64,000 bases of DNA from NCBI GenBank assembly GCA_965238075.1, contig OZ250173.1, positions 2,816,001 to 2,880,000 on the forward strand, given 5' to 3'. The notes below the pieces were generated by a model. The model was not told the origin of the DNA and ran no database searches. It saw only the letters and a list, made by a program, of their open reading frames with translations. The position numbers and the translations under genes are program-made. Numbering within the stretch: the stretch's first letter is position 1; the number at the start of each line of letters is the position of its first letter. Of this stretch, positions 1 to 8,436 are shown piece by piece. This DNA comes from Candidatus Entotheonellaceae bacterium. GTDB lineage: Bacteria; Tectomicrobia; Entotheonellia; Entotheonellales; Entotheonellaceae.

Positions 1-166
1 TCATGATGACGATGAAGGCATTCAGCATGACCGTGACGGCCACCCACCACTTGTAGGACGGGCTGTCGGGCGAGATACGCGGCCCGGCACCGCGTTGCTG
101 TGGGTGCATCCCGGGGCTTGCCTGCAGCGGTGCCGCAGGCGGTTGGCGAATGGTGCCAGCGGCCAT
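1..166 (-). CDS. DHA2/EmrB-QacA-like MFS efflux transporter, N-terminal part (runs off the window)
   Basis: Manual translation from ATG at 166: MAAGTIRQ...SPSYKWWVAVTVMLNAFIVVIM, a typical first TM helix of DHA2 MFS proteins. Confidence 0.6.
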   Translation of the reverse strand, partial: MAAGTIRQPPAAPLQASPGMHPQQRGAGPRISPDSPSYKWWVAVTVMLNAFIVIM

Positions 167-402
167 GAATATTGATCCTTCGAGAAAACGGCATGATCGA
201 GGAAGAGAAAGGTAGGAAAGAAACGTGATGGTTCAAGTATAGTTACTGCGCTCGAAAAGGACAAACAAGCGTTTGGTAGAATTGCTGAGAAGGGTGAAAA
301 AACCGTTGACAGCGGCGGGTTGGCATATAACCATGCGGTGCCGTGCGAGGCTCCTTTGGCTGGGGACTCGCAAATACGAATGTAATTGACGAAGGACGGG
401 AC

Positions 403-1236
403 ATGACACGTATCGGACTCCTCCATCCCGGAGCGATGGGCGCATCCGTGGGGGCTGCGGCAAGCGGCAACGGGCACACCGTGCTGTGGGCGTCTCAAGG
501 CCGGTCCGCGGCCACGCAGGAGCGAGCGAGGCGCGGCGCCTTGCGAGACGTTACCACGCTGCCGGAGGTGCTGGCGTCGAGTGATATCCTGCTGTCCATT
601 TGCCCGCCGCACGCCGCCGAGGACGTGGCTGCCGAGGTGGCCAAATGCGGCTTTGCGGGCTTGTACGTCGACTGCAACGCCGTGGCACCGGAACGTACGC
701 GCGGCATCCAGCGGATCGTCGAGAATGGCGGTGCGGAGTATATCGACGGCGGCATCATCGGCGGGCCGGCCTGGACGCGCGAAGCCGAGACCCAATTGTA
801 TCTGTCCGGTCCCCGAGCCGAGGAGGTGTCGGCGTGTTTCGCCGACAGCCCGCTGTCTGCCCCGGTCATCTCCGAGCGTATCGGCGCCGCCTCAGCGCTC
901 AAAATGGGTTACGCCGCCTTCACCAAGGGCAGCACGGCTTTGTTGATCGCCATCCTCGGCATGGTCGAGAAAGAAGGGGTGCGGATTGACCTATCGCGCC
1001 AATGGGGTGACGCCTTCACGACCCAGACCGTGCGGCGTGTTTGTGACAACACCGCCAAGGCGTGGCGCTTCGAGGGCGAGATGCACGAGATTGCGGCGAC
1101 GTTCCACGCGGCCGGCCTGCCGGACGGATTTCATCAGGCGGCGGCCGAAGTTTTTCGGCGGCTCGCCGGCTTCAAGGACTATGGCTCGCCGCCGGATATC
1201 GAAACGGTATTGGAAGTTTTGCTGAAGCGGGAATAA
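403..1236 (+). CDS. NAD(P)-dependent oxidoreductase, 6-phosphogluconate/3-hydroxyisobutyrate dehydrogenase-like (DUF1932-type C-terminus)
   Basis: Rossmann-like IGLLHPGAMGASVG; ASALKMGYAAFTKG; KAWRFEGEMHEIA; RBS gaaggacgg. Confidence 0.8.
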   Translation: MTRIGLLHPGAMGASVGAAASGNGHTVLWASQGRSAATQERARRGALRDVTTLPEVLASSDILLSICPPHAAEDVAAEVAKCGFAGLYVDCNAVAPERTRGIQRIVENGGAEYIDGGIIGGPAWTREAETQLYLSGPRAEEVSACFADSPLSAPVISERIGAASALKMGYAAFTKGSTALLIAILGMVEKEGVRIDLSRQWGDAFTTQTVRRVCDNTAKAWRFEGEMHEIAATFHAAGLPDGFHQAAAEVFRRLAGFKDYGSPPDIETVLEVLLKRE

Positions 1237-1265
1237 CTGGAACATCGAGGAAAGGAACAAACAGG

Positions 1266-1709
1266 ATGAGCGATCAAGCGATATTGCAGGGCATCGCGGT
1301 GCGCGGCGCGAGTCGTGCTCCCATGCGAGAAGTGCAGGAAGCCAGCGTGACGGTGACGGACGGCATTGTGGAGGATTACCGCGGCACCGGCCTTCGGCAG
1401 GTCACCTTCATTGACGCCGGGCAGTGGCGGCAGGTGGTGGGGGAGTTGGGCGTGGACTTGCCGTGGCACACGCGCCGCGCCAATTTACTGGTCGGCGGCC
1501 TCGACCTGCCGGGCACAGTCGGCAGCCGTCTGCGCATCGGCGACTGCCTGTTTGAGATTCACGGGGAAACGGAGCCCTGCGAACGCATGAACGAATTGCA
1601 GGCCGGCTTGCGCGCGGGGCTGGCTCCGGAGATGCGCGGCGGGGTGTGGGGCAAGGTGCTAGAGAGCGGCCACATACGGGTCGGTCAATCCGTCGAGATC
1701 GAAGAATAG
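1266..1709 (+). CDS. MOSC domain protein
   Basis: RQVT, RRANLLV, ETEPCERM, RGGV motifs; ATG at 1266. Confidence 0.85.
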   Translation: MSDQAILQGIAVRGASRAPMREVQEASVTVTDGIVEDYRGTGLRQVTFIDAGQWRQVVGELGVDLPWHTRRANLLVGGLDLPGTVGSRLRIGDCLFEIHGETEPCERMNELQAGLRAGLAPEMRGGVWGKVLESGHIRVGQSVEIEE

Positions 1710-1726
1710 GTGGGGCGAGGTTCTTC

Positions 1727-2503
1727 ATGGCTGAGACCATCTTGTACGACAAGAACGAGCAGATCGTTACGATTGCCCTGAATCGCCCCGAGGCGCTGAA
1801 CGCGATCAACCGGCAGCTAAAGCAGGAATTCATTGACGCGCTGCTGCAATTCGACCAGGACGATGACGCCCGCGTGGCCATCGTTACCGGTGCCGGGCGG
1901 GCCTTCTGCGCCGGCCGGGACCTGAAGGAGCGCACGTCCGACAACGCCGCCGGGGTCCAGGCGCGGGCCAGCGACAGTTTGGGCAGTGAGAGCCTGTCGA
2001 TGTTTCCGCGCATCTGGAAGCCGGTTATCGCCGCCATTAACGGGTATGCCATGGCCGGGGGCTGGGCCATCGCCCAGATGTGCGACCTACGCCTGGCTGC
2101 CGACGACGCCAAGCTGGGCATTACGGAATCGCGTTGGAGCCTGCTTCCGCCGTTCGCGGCCCATCTCGCCCGGCTCATTCCAATGGCCAACGTGCTGGAG
2201 CTGGTCTTCACGGCGGAGCCGATAACCGCCCAGCGCGCTTGCGAAATTGGCTTCGTGAACAAGGTGGTGCCGAAAGACCGGCTGATGGACGAGGCCCTGG
2301 ATCTGGCGCGGCGCATGGTCCGCAATGCCCCGTTGTCGCTGCGCATGTTCAAGGAGTTGGCCTACCGCGGCCAGGAAATGGGCGAGCGGGAAATTGCGGC
2401 GCTGACCCGCGTCATGTATGACCAATTGCTGGTGAGCGAGGACGCCAAAGAGGGGCCGCAGGCTTTCGCCGAAAAACGGGCGCCGCAGTGGCAGGGCAGG
2501 TAG
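1727..2503 (+). CDS. Enoyl-CoA hydratase/isomerase family protein
   Basis: LNRPEALNA, AFCAGRDL, KPVIAAINGYAMAGG, AFAEKRAPQW. Confidence 0.9.
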   Translation: MAETILYDKNEQIVTIALNRPEALNAINRQLKQEFIDALLQFDQDDDARVAIVTGAGRAFCAGRDLKERTSDNAAGVQARASDSLGSESLSMFPRIWKPVIAAINGYAMAGGWAIAQMCDLRLAADDAKLGITESRWSLLPPFAAHLARLIPMANVLELVFTAEPITAQRACEIGFVNKVVPKDRLMDEALDLARRMVRNAPLSLRMFKELAYRGQEMGEREIAALTRVMYDQLLVSEDAKEGPQAFAEKRAPQWQGR

Positions 2504-2526
2504 CAGGGGACAACGCAGAGGTAGAT

Positions 2527-3315
2527 ATGCCATATCCAACGCTTTTGTTTGACGTTCGTGATGGGGTGGCGCGCATTATGCTGAACCGGCCTGACGCCGC
2601 CAACGCCGTCAACGCCGAATTGGCCAGGGACCTGATGTATGCGGCCATGCAGTGCAGCGAGGACGCTGGGATTCGTGCCGTCATCGTCACGGGGAACGGC
2701 CCGATGTTTTCCGCCGGTGGTGATTTGAAGGAATTCGGGGCGCAAGGGGACAACCTGCCGTATCACCTTAAGGAGGTGACGACCTATTTCCACGCCGCGG
2801 TGTCGCGCTTCATGCGCATGGACCCGCCGGTGGTGGCGGCTGTTAACGGCATGGCCGCTGGCGCCGGCATGAGCTTGGCGTGCGGCGCCGACATCGTATT
2901 GGCGGCCGAGTCGGCCCGTTTTACGATGGCCTACACCCGCGCCGGACTGACGCCGGACGGCTCGTCTACCTATTACCTGCCGCGCATCGTTGGCCTGAAA
3001 CGGGCTTTGGAGTTGACCCTGACCAACCGCATGCTGTCGGCGCAGGAAGCGTGTGAGTGGGGGTTGGTGACTCGGGTCGTACCGGATGCCCAGCTGCAGG
3101 AAGAAGCCGACGCCTTGGCCGGACAATTGGCCAGCGGTGCCACGAGGGCGTTGGGTATGGCGAAGCGATTGCTGCACGGCGGTTGGACGGGCACCCTGGA
3201 AACGCAGATGGAGCACGAGACGCAGGCTATTGCGGAATTGTCGCGCAGCGATGACGCCAAGGAGGGGCTGAGCGCGTTTCTGGAGAAGCGCAAGCCGACC
3301 TTCAAGGGGCGTTAA
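2527..3315 (+). CDS. Enoyl-CoA hydratase/isomerase family protein (PaaG-like)
   Basis: LNRPDAANA, FSAGGDL, AVNGMAAGAG, GLTPDGSS, AFLEKRKPTF. Confidence 0.9.
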   Translation: MPYPTLLFDVRDGVARIMLNRPDAANAVNAELARDLMYAAMQCSEDAGIRAVIVTGNGPMFSAGGDLKEFGAQGDNLPYHLKEVTTYFHAAVSRFMRMDPPVVAAVNGMAAGAGMSLACGADIVLAAESARFTMAYTRAGLTPDGSSTYYLPRIVGLKRALELTLTNRMLSAQEACEWGLVTRVVPDAQLQEEADALAGQLASGATRALGMAKRLLHGGWTGTLETQMEHETQAIAELSRSDDAKEGLSAFLEKRKPTFKGR

Positions 3316-3328
3316 CGGGGGCCCTCCA

Positions 3329-3368
3329 GGTGGAAATGTCGAATTACGCTTCGCTAATCCGACCTACA
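3329..3368 (-). repeat. GTAG-type REP-like palindrome, copy 1
   Basis: Minus strand TGTAGGTCGGATTAGCGAAGCGTAATTCGACAT; near-identical to 34165-34203; hairpin between convergent genes. Confidence 0.75.
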
Positions 3369-4239
3369 GCGTGCGCAGCCAGTTGGCGATAGCCTGGCCG
3401 ATCTCGTCCGGGGCGTCTTCCTGGACAAAGTGAATTCCCGGCACCGTCACCTCTGTTTGATTCGGCCAGGCGCGGCAAAACTCGCGCTGCTCGCCGACCA
3501 GGATGGCGCCGGGGTTGGCATTGACAAACAGTTTGGGAATAGCAGTTTGGCGCAGCCATATGGCATAGTTGCCGACGATCTCGGTCACGTCCTCCGGCTT
3601 GCCCTCAATGGGGATTTCCCGTGGCCACGTCAAGGTAGGCCGCCGGCCCTCCCCAGGTTCAAGAAAGGGCCGGCGATATTCCGCCATTTCCTCATCCGTG
3701 AGCTTCCGCTTGATCGATCCCGGCAGTACACGCTCGATGAAGAGGTTGTGCGTGAGGATCATGGACTCGCCGTTAATGGAGCGGAACCCCTGGAAGATCT
3801 GCAGCGCAGCTTCCGGCCACTGCGTCCAGGTCAGCGGCTGTACAATGGCCTCCATATAGGCCAGCCCCTTGACCGCATGACGGTTCCGGTTGGCCCAATC
3901 GAAGCCGAGGGCCGAGCCCCAGTCGTGCATCACGAATGTCACCTTGTCATTGACGCCGACCGCTTCCAGAAAAGCATCGAGGTACCGCCGGTGCTCCACA
4001 AAGCGGTAGCGACGCGGTCCGCTGTCCTCCAGTTTGTCCGAATCCCCCATGCCGATCAGATCCGGCGCGATACAACGGCCAAGTCCGGTGAGGTGCGGGA
4101 TGATGCCGCGCCACAGATAGGACGAGGTCGGGTTGCCATGCAACAGGACAATAGGGTCGCCCTCGCCGGCTTCGACGTAAGCCATGTTGTGGTCCAGCAC
4201 CTGGGCGCGTTTCTTGGCAATCGGTGACATGGCGGCCAT
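3364..4239 (-). CDS. Haloalkane dehalogenase (LinB/DhaA-like alpha/beta hydrolase)
   Basis: LHGNPTSSYLWR, HDWGSALG nucleophile motif, PTLTWPREIP, GIHFVQED catalytic His. Confidence 0.9.
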   Translation of the reverse strand: MAAMSPIAKKRAQVLDHNMAYVEAGEGDPIVLLHGNPTSSYLWRGIIPHLTGLGRCIAPDLIGMGDSDKLEDSGPRRYRFVEHRRYLDAFLEAVGVNDKVTFVMHDWGSALGFDWANRNRHAVKGLAYMEAIVQPLTWTQWPEAALQIFQGFRSINGESMILTHNLFIERVLPGSIKRKLTDEEMAEYRRPFLEPGEGRRPTLTWPREIPIEGKPEDVTEIVGNYAIWLRQTAIPKLFVNANPGAILVGEQREFCRAWPNQTEVTVPGIHFVQEDAPDEIGQAIANWLRTL

Positions 4240-4250
4240 CTTTCTCCCTC

Positions 4251-5183
4251 CTACAGCTTGCCGTTCAGGCTCTTGAGCAACGCCCAGGTGCGCGCAATGG
4301 ACGCATCGGCGTCGTCGCCCACCGGAAAGATCGACGCCAGGAAGTCCGTCGCGCCCGCAGAGGCAAACGCCCGCAATTGCTGCTCTACCTGAGCCTCGTT
4401 TCCAACCACCGCGACGTCAGCCGCCCCTTCTACCCCCTCGATGTCCAGCAGGCGACGATAATTGAGCAACTGCCCATAGCGGTTGAAAATACCGTCGGCA
4501 ACCTCGTGTCCGCCCTCCGGGCTGTCGGTCACGGCAACTGGTAGGCCGACACACACGCGCGGCTGCCCGCGTCCTGCCGATTTGGCCGCAGCACTGATGC
4601 GCGGCACGATGTGCGATTCAATAGTCTTTCTTCCCGCCATCCAGGTAATGGTGCCGTCCGCCAACTCGCCGGTGAGGCGCAACATGCGAGGCGCCAGAGC
4701 CGCCACCAGAACCGGGAATGCGGCGGTGTCCGGTACCTGCAGTTCCACCTTGACGTTGTAGACATTGCCGCCGAAGTCTACCCGGCCTTCGCTGACCAGA
4801 GGCCGTAGCACCGACAGATACTCCTCCATGTGCTGGGCGGCGCCGTCATACGACAGACCCATCATGCCCTCAATCAGCGGCCGATGGGACAGGCCGATGC
4901 CCAAAGCCAGCCGGCCATTACTGGCTCGCTGGGTGGTGAGGGCGTGCTGTGCCATGCCCAGCGGATGATACGGATAGGTTGGGACAACGGCCGTGCCGAG
5001 CTCAATACGGCTTGTGTGCTGGCCGACGACCGCGAGGGCCGTCAATGCGTCGTAGCCGAACATCAACAAGTGCGGGACCCAGAAGTGACTGAAACCGTCC
5101 GTCTCGGCCTGTTTCACCTGCTGCGTCAGTCTTTCCAGGTTGTCTACCTCACGTCGTGCACCCGCAAATATTCCAATACGCAT
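4251..5183 (-). CDS. LLM-class, probably F420-dependent, oxidoreductase
   Basis: IELGTAVVPTYP, GRLALGIGLSH, VAALAPRMLRLTGELADGTITW. Confidence 0.85.
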   Translation of the reverse strand: MRIGIFAGARREVDNLERLTQQVKQAETDGFSHFWVPHLLMFGYDALTALAVVGQHTSRIELGTAVVPTYPYHPLGMAQHALTTQRASNGRLALGIGLSHRPLIEGMMGLSYDGAAQHMEEYLSVLRPLVSEGRVDFGGNVYNVKVELQVPDTAAFPVLVAALAPRMLRLTGELADGTITWMAGRKTIESHIVPRISAAAKSAGRGQPRVCVGLPVAVTDSPEGGHEVADGIFNRYGQLLNYRRLLDIEGVEGAADVAVVGNEAQVEQQLRAFASAGATDFLASIFPVGDDADASIARTWALLKSLNGKL

Positions 5184-5314
5184 GTGTTCATCCTTGTCGT
5201 GCTTATCGTGTTCGTGATTGTTGCAAAGCGGCGTCGAAAGGGAGGAGCCGTCACCGAGAAATGACAGGGCAGCGGCCTCCCTGCCCGGGCGGGAGCAAGG
5301 AGGCTACTGTGCTT

Positions 5315-6145
5315 TTAATTGGATGGCGGGAAGAAAGGAACCCCATACTTGGCAACGATCTCCGCGATGCGACCGCTGGCCGTGAGCTTGTCGAGTTCCT
5401 GGTTGATAGCCGCCTTCAGGTCCTGTTCCGTGCGTCGCACGGCAATCACCAAGCTGTATCGCATTCTGGGGTCGATTTCAAACCCGTCAACAATCGCCAA
5501 GCCGCTCTCCGGATTCTGATGAAGCCACCAACCGGCCTTGGAGGCGAGAATGAGACTGAATTCAACCTCACCTTTTTGGAGGGCTGCGAGGTTTTCCTCG
5601 TTGAGGCGGTAGGGGTCGGTTTGGAAGCCGTCGCGGCTCAGAAACATGTCGCCGGCGGTAAACATGATCACACCAATCTTCGCGTCTTTGGCGTCCGCCA
5701 GCGCCTGAGGGCTGCGCCCGCCTTCCTTGCCGACAAGAACATAACCCGTGCCGAGGTAAGGCCGGGTGATTTCGAGTCGTTTTTCTTCATATTCGTCAAT
5801 CAGGTCGTCATCGTTCGGCAGGCCCATGAAGAAGTCGCACTTGCCATCATTGATCGACAGGCGCAGGGCGCGGCTGAGCCCACCGCGGGTACCGGTGTCG
5901 GCCCAATGGTAGGCGATCGACAGGCTCATGCCGGCGGCGATTTCCTTGGCGATTTCGACGTCAAAGCCGGGCATATTGGGGTCGGGGCTGGAGAAGGGCA
6001 GATTGTAGGGATCAGCACAGGCGACGAGGGTGCCGCGTTCTTTGGCTTTCTCCAAGGCGGTCGGTGCGGCCGACGCCAAGCCCGCGCAGGCAATAAGGAC
6101 GATCAAGACCCAAACGATGCTGCAGGTGTTTTGCCGTATCCGCAT
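5315..6145 (-). CDS. Periplasmic substrate-binding protein, MxaJ/XoxJ-like (quinoprotein-associated)
   Basis: Signal peptide; LVACADPYNLPFSS, PGFDVEIA, IVAKYGVP; lies directly after a PQQ dehydrogenase. Confidence 0.8.
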   Translation of the reverse strand: MRIRQNTCSIVWVLIVLIACAGLASAAPTALEKAKERGTLVACADPYNLPFSSPDPNMPGFDVEIAKEIAAGMSLSIAYHWADTGTRGGLSRALRLSINDGKCDFFMGLPNDDDLIDEYEEKRLEITRPYLGTGYVLVGKEGGRSPQALADAKDAKIGVIMFTAGDMFLSRDGFQTDPYRLNEENLAALQKGEVEFSLILASKAGWWLHQNPESGLAIVDGFEIDPRMRYSLVIAVRRTEQDLKAAINQELDKLTASGRIAEIVAKYGVPFFPPSN

Positions 6146-6220
6146 GAATGCTTCCTCAAAAAAACGTGCTGCCATGGACGGTCGAAACCCATGGCAGCAC
6201 AGGACGGTCAGACGTTCAGA

Positions 6221-7999
6221 TTAGTGCAGGCCGAAAGCGATCAGGTGGCCGCCCTTCTGGTGCGTCTTTTTCCAGTTTTCGTCGAACATCTCGATGCCCG
6301 TCTGGGCCTGTCCGACCACGACCGCCAGCATCTGCTCGCCGTCGACCGTGTAGGTGTTCACGCCGCCCATGACGGAGGAACCGCAGGAGAAGCTCCATAA
6401 CTGCGCTCCGGTGGTGGCGTTGAATGCCTTGATGTAACCGTCCGTATCACCGGCAAACACCAGGTTGCCGGCTGTCGTGGTGACACTGCTGCGGAACGGC
6501 ATCGGGTTGTTGTGCACCCAAACGAGCTCGCCACTGCGGGCATCGATGGCGCGCAACTCGCCGCCGCCGCCGTACCACTTCATCACCTTGATACCCAGGA
6601 AGGTCTCGCCGCGCGAATAACGCTCGCGCTTCGCCTGCAGGTCCATGCTATGGTCGCCGAAGGCGGGCACGTAGGCGATCTGGGTCTCGGGGTTGTAGGC
6701 CATGGGGTTCCATTCCTTGCCGCCGAACAGGGCAGGGTAGATACCCTCGGTCACCTTGTCATAACCAACGTCCATCTCCGGATAGGCGAAGATCGGCCGA
6801 CCGGTTTCGGGATCGAAGCCCCGGTTCCAAGTGATCTTGCCCAGCGGCACGGCGTAGTTGAAACTGCCGTTGGTGCGGTCGATGGAGTAGAAATGCCCGT
6901 TGCGGTCCGCGTGGAGCCAAACCTGCTGGCCGTCGATGTCGGCCAGGATGGTTTCGTTCACGCCGTCGTAGTCATACGGATCGTTCGGGGTGTACTGGAA
7001 GTGGAACTTGATAGCCCCGGAGGCAGGGTCCAGAGCGACGGTGGAGTTGGTGTACAGGTTGTCGCCCGGGTGGGCATGACGGTCCCAGGGGCCAGGCTGG
7101 CCGACGCCCCAGTAGATGGTGTCGAGGACGGGGTCATAGGCTCCCGTCACCCACGCCGAACCGCCGCCGTACTTGTAGGTATCACCCGGCCAGGTGTCGC
7201 CGCCCGGCTCGCCGGGGGCAGGAATGGTGTGCGTCTTCCACACTTCTTCGCCCGTCTCGGCGTCGCGGGCCGTGATGAAGCCGCGAATACCGAACTCGGC
7301 GCCCGAGGTGCCGATGATGATCTTGCCGTCGACGGCCAAGGGCAACAGGGTGAAGCTGTAGGCAGCTTTGTAATCGGCCACGGTCTGATCCCAAATGACC
7401 TGACCGCTGGCGGAATCGAGGGCGACCAGATGGCCATCCAGAGTGGCAACGTAGAGATTGGTGCCATAGAGGGCCGGGCCGCGGTTGATCACGTCACAGC
7501 ACAGATGCGGGAAGACGTCGCCCGGCAGCGGGTGGTCGTAGCGCCACACCGTGCGGCCCGTCCGGCCATCCACGCGGAAGACGTGGTTGTAGGAGGAACT
7601 GACAAACAGGTTGCCGTTGAAGGCCATCGTCTGGCTGCCCTGGCTGTCCAGAACGCCGAACGACAAGACCCATTTCGGCACCAAGTTTTTGACCGTCTCG
7701 GTGTTGATTTGGTCGAGTTGGCTGTAGCGGGTGTGGGAGTAATCTTTGCCGTACAGGATCCAGTTGTTGGGATCCTTGCCCGCGTTGAGGAGCATGGAAT
7801 CGGTGATGATACCGGGGGAAACGTACCCTTCGAGGACTTCAATGCGCGCGCCTTCTTCCTCACCTTCGATCTCTTCGGATGAGAAACGTGATGCGTCCTC
7901 TCCCTCCTCGTGGGAAGCCGCCATGGCGGTTCCGCCCCAGACGATAAGCAAGCCCATCGCCATCAGGGCAATCAGCGACCTGAAATACTTGCTGGACAT
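6221..7999 (-). CDS. PQQ-dependent alcohol dehydrogenase (methanol/ethanol family), predicted lanthanide-binding (ExaF/PedH/XoxF-type)
   Basis: Signal peptide; YSQLDQIN; vicinal CC in LCCDVINRG; SGAEFGIRG; YDYDGVNE with the extra Asp; GGKEWNPMAY; RBS aggaggagag. Confidence 0.9.
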   Translation of the reverse strand: MSSKYFRSLIALMAMGLLIVWGGTAMAASHEEGEDASRFSSEEIEGEEEGARIEVLEGYVSPGIITDSMLLNAGKDPNNWILYGKDYSHTRYSQLDQINTETVKNLVPKWVLSFGVLDSQGSQTMAFNGNLFVSSSYNHVFRVDGRTGRTVWRYDHPLPGDVFPHLCCDVINRGPALYGTNLYVATLDGHLVALDSASGQVIWDQTVADYKAAYSFTLLPLAVDGKIIIGTSGAEFGIRGFITARDAETGEEVWKTHTIPAPGEPGGDTWPGDTYKYGGGSAWVTGAYDPVLDTIYWGVGQPGPWDRHAHPGDNLYTNSTVALDPASGAIKFHFQYTPNDPYDYDGVNETILADIDGQQVWLHADRNGHFYSIDRTNGSFNYAVPLGKITWNRGFDPETGRPIFAYPEMDVGYDKVTEGIYPALFGGKEWNPMAYNPETQIAYVPAFGDHSMDLQAKRERYSRGETFLGIKVMKWYGGGGELRAIDARSGELVWVHNNPMPFRSSVTTTAGNLVFAGDTDGYIKAFNATTGAQLWSFSCGSSVMGGVNTYTVDGEQMLAVVVGQAQTGIEMFDENWKKTHQKGGHLIAFGLH

Positions 8000-8039
8000 A
8001 CTCTCTCCTCCTTTACAGTGGAAACTGCAATCTGCGTTG

Positions 8040-8161
8040 CAACAGTTCTTCCGCAAACCTCATAGCTCGTCTGGGTTGAGTACAACCCTTCCGAGCACTG
8101 GGCCTGTGGAGCCAACGGTGCTTTGAACGCTACCGTGGATCCGGTTTGCGAGGATCTGTTG
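8040..8161 (-). ncRNA. Candidate structured 5' leader RNA (four-way junction)
   Basis: Closing stem 8040-8059/8143-8161 encloses three hairpins (8065-8096, 8101-8113, 8115-8136); lies between a TTGACA promoter and the dehydrogenase RBS. Confidence 0.45.
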
Positions 8162-8173
8162 ATTTGCGGTGCC

Positions 8174-8203
8174 TATTTAGCCGTGTTCATTTCAGCCTGT
8201 CAA
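8174..8203 (-). promoter_or_regulatory. Putative sigma70 promoter for the PQQ dehydrogenase
   Basis: Perfect TTGACA (8203-8198); weak -10-like CTAAAT/TAAATA 17-18 nt downstream. Confidence 0.4.
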
Positions 8204-8296
8204 CAAGAAAAATTGGGCGGCGTGAAGACGTTCCGAGCACCGCGCGGCGGCGGGGAGCGAATTTCAAAGACCGGCGGCGAGAGCCAAACCTTGGTC

Positions 8297-8325
8297 TTGA
8301 CAGTGCCAAGCGAATTTGTACTAAT
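8297..8325 (+). promoter_or_regulatory. Putative sigma70 promoter for the cyclase-family gene
   Basis: TTGACA at 8297-8302, then TACTAAT 16-17 nt later. Confidence 0.45.
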
Positions 8326-8436
8326 GCGCACTCACGTCGGCCGGGTGTTGCCCGGACGTCTGTCTTCCAGAAGGGGCACGACCTTGTGCAGGGCGCGGCC
8401 CCTTAAACTTGTTGAGATTCTAGGGAAGGAGAGAGG

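Noticed and set aside
8090-8130. Plus-strand resemblance to the Moco riboswitch (tccgagcac...acggtgctttg)
   Set aside because: The 3' CCTCCCGT...GGAAAGG part is missing and no Moco-related gene follows.
8243-8287. Imperfect cggcggcg..agc direct repeats between the divergent promoters
   Set aside because: Short and GC-rich; expected by chance at this composition.
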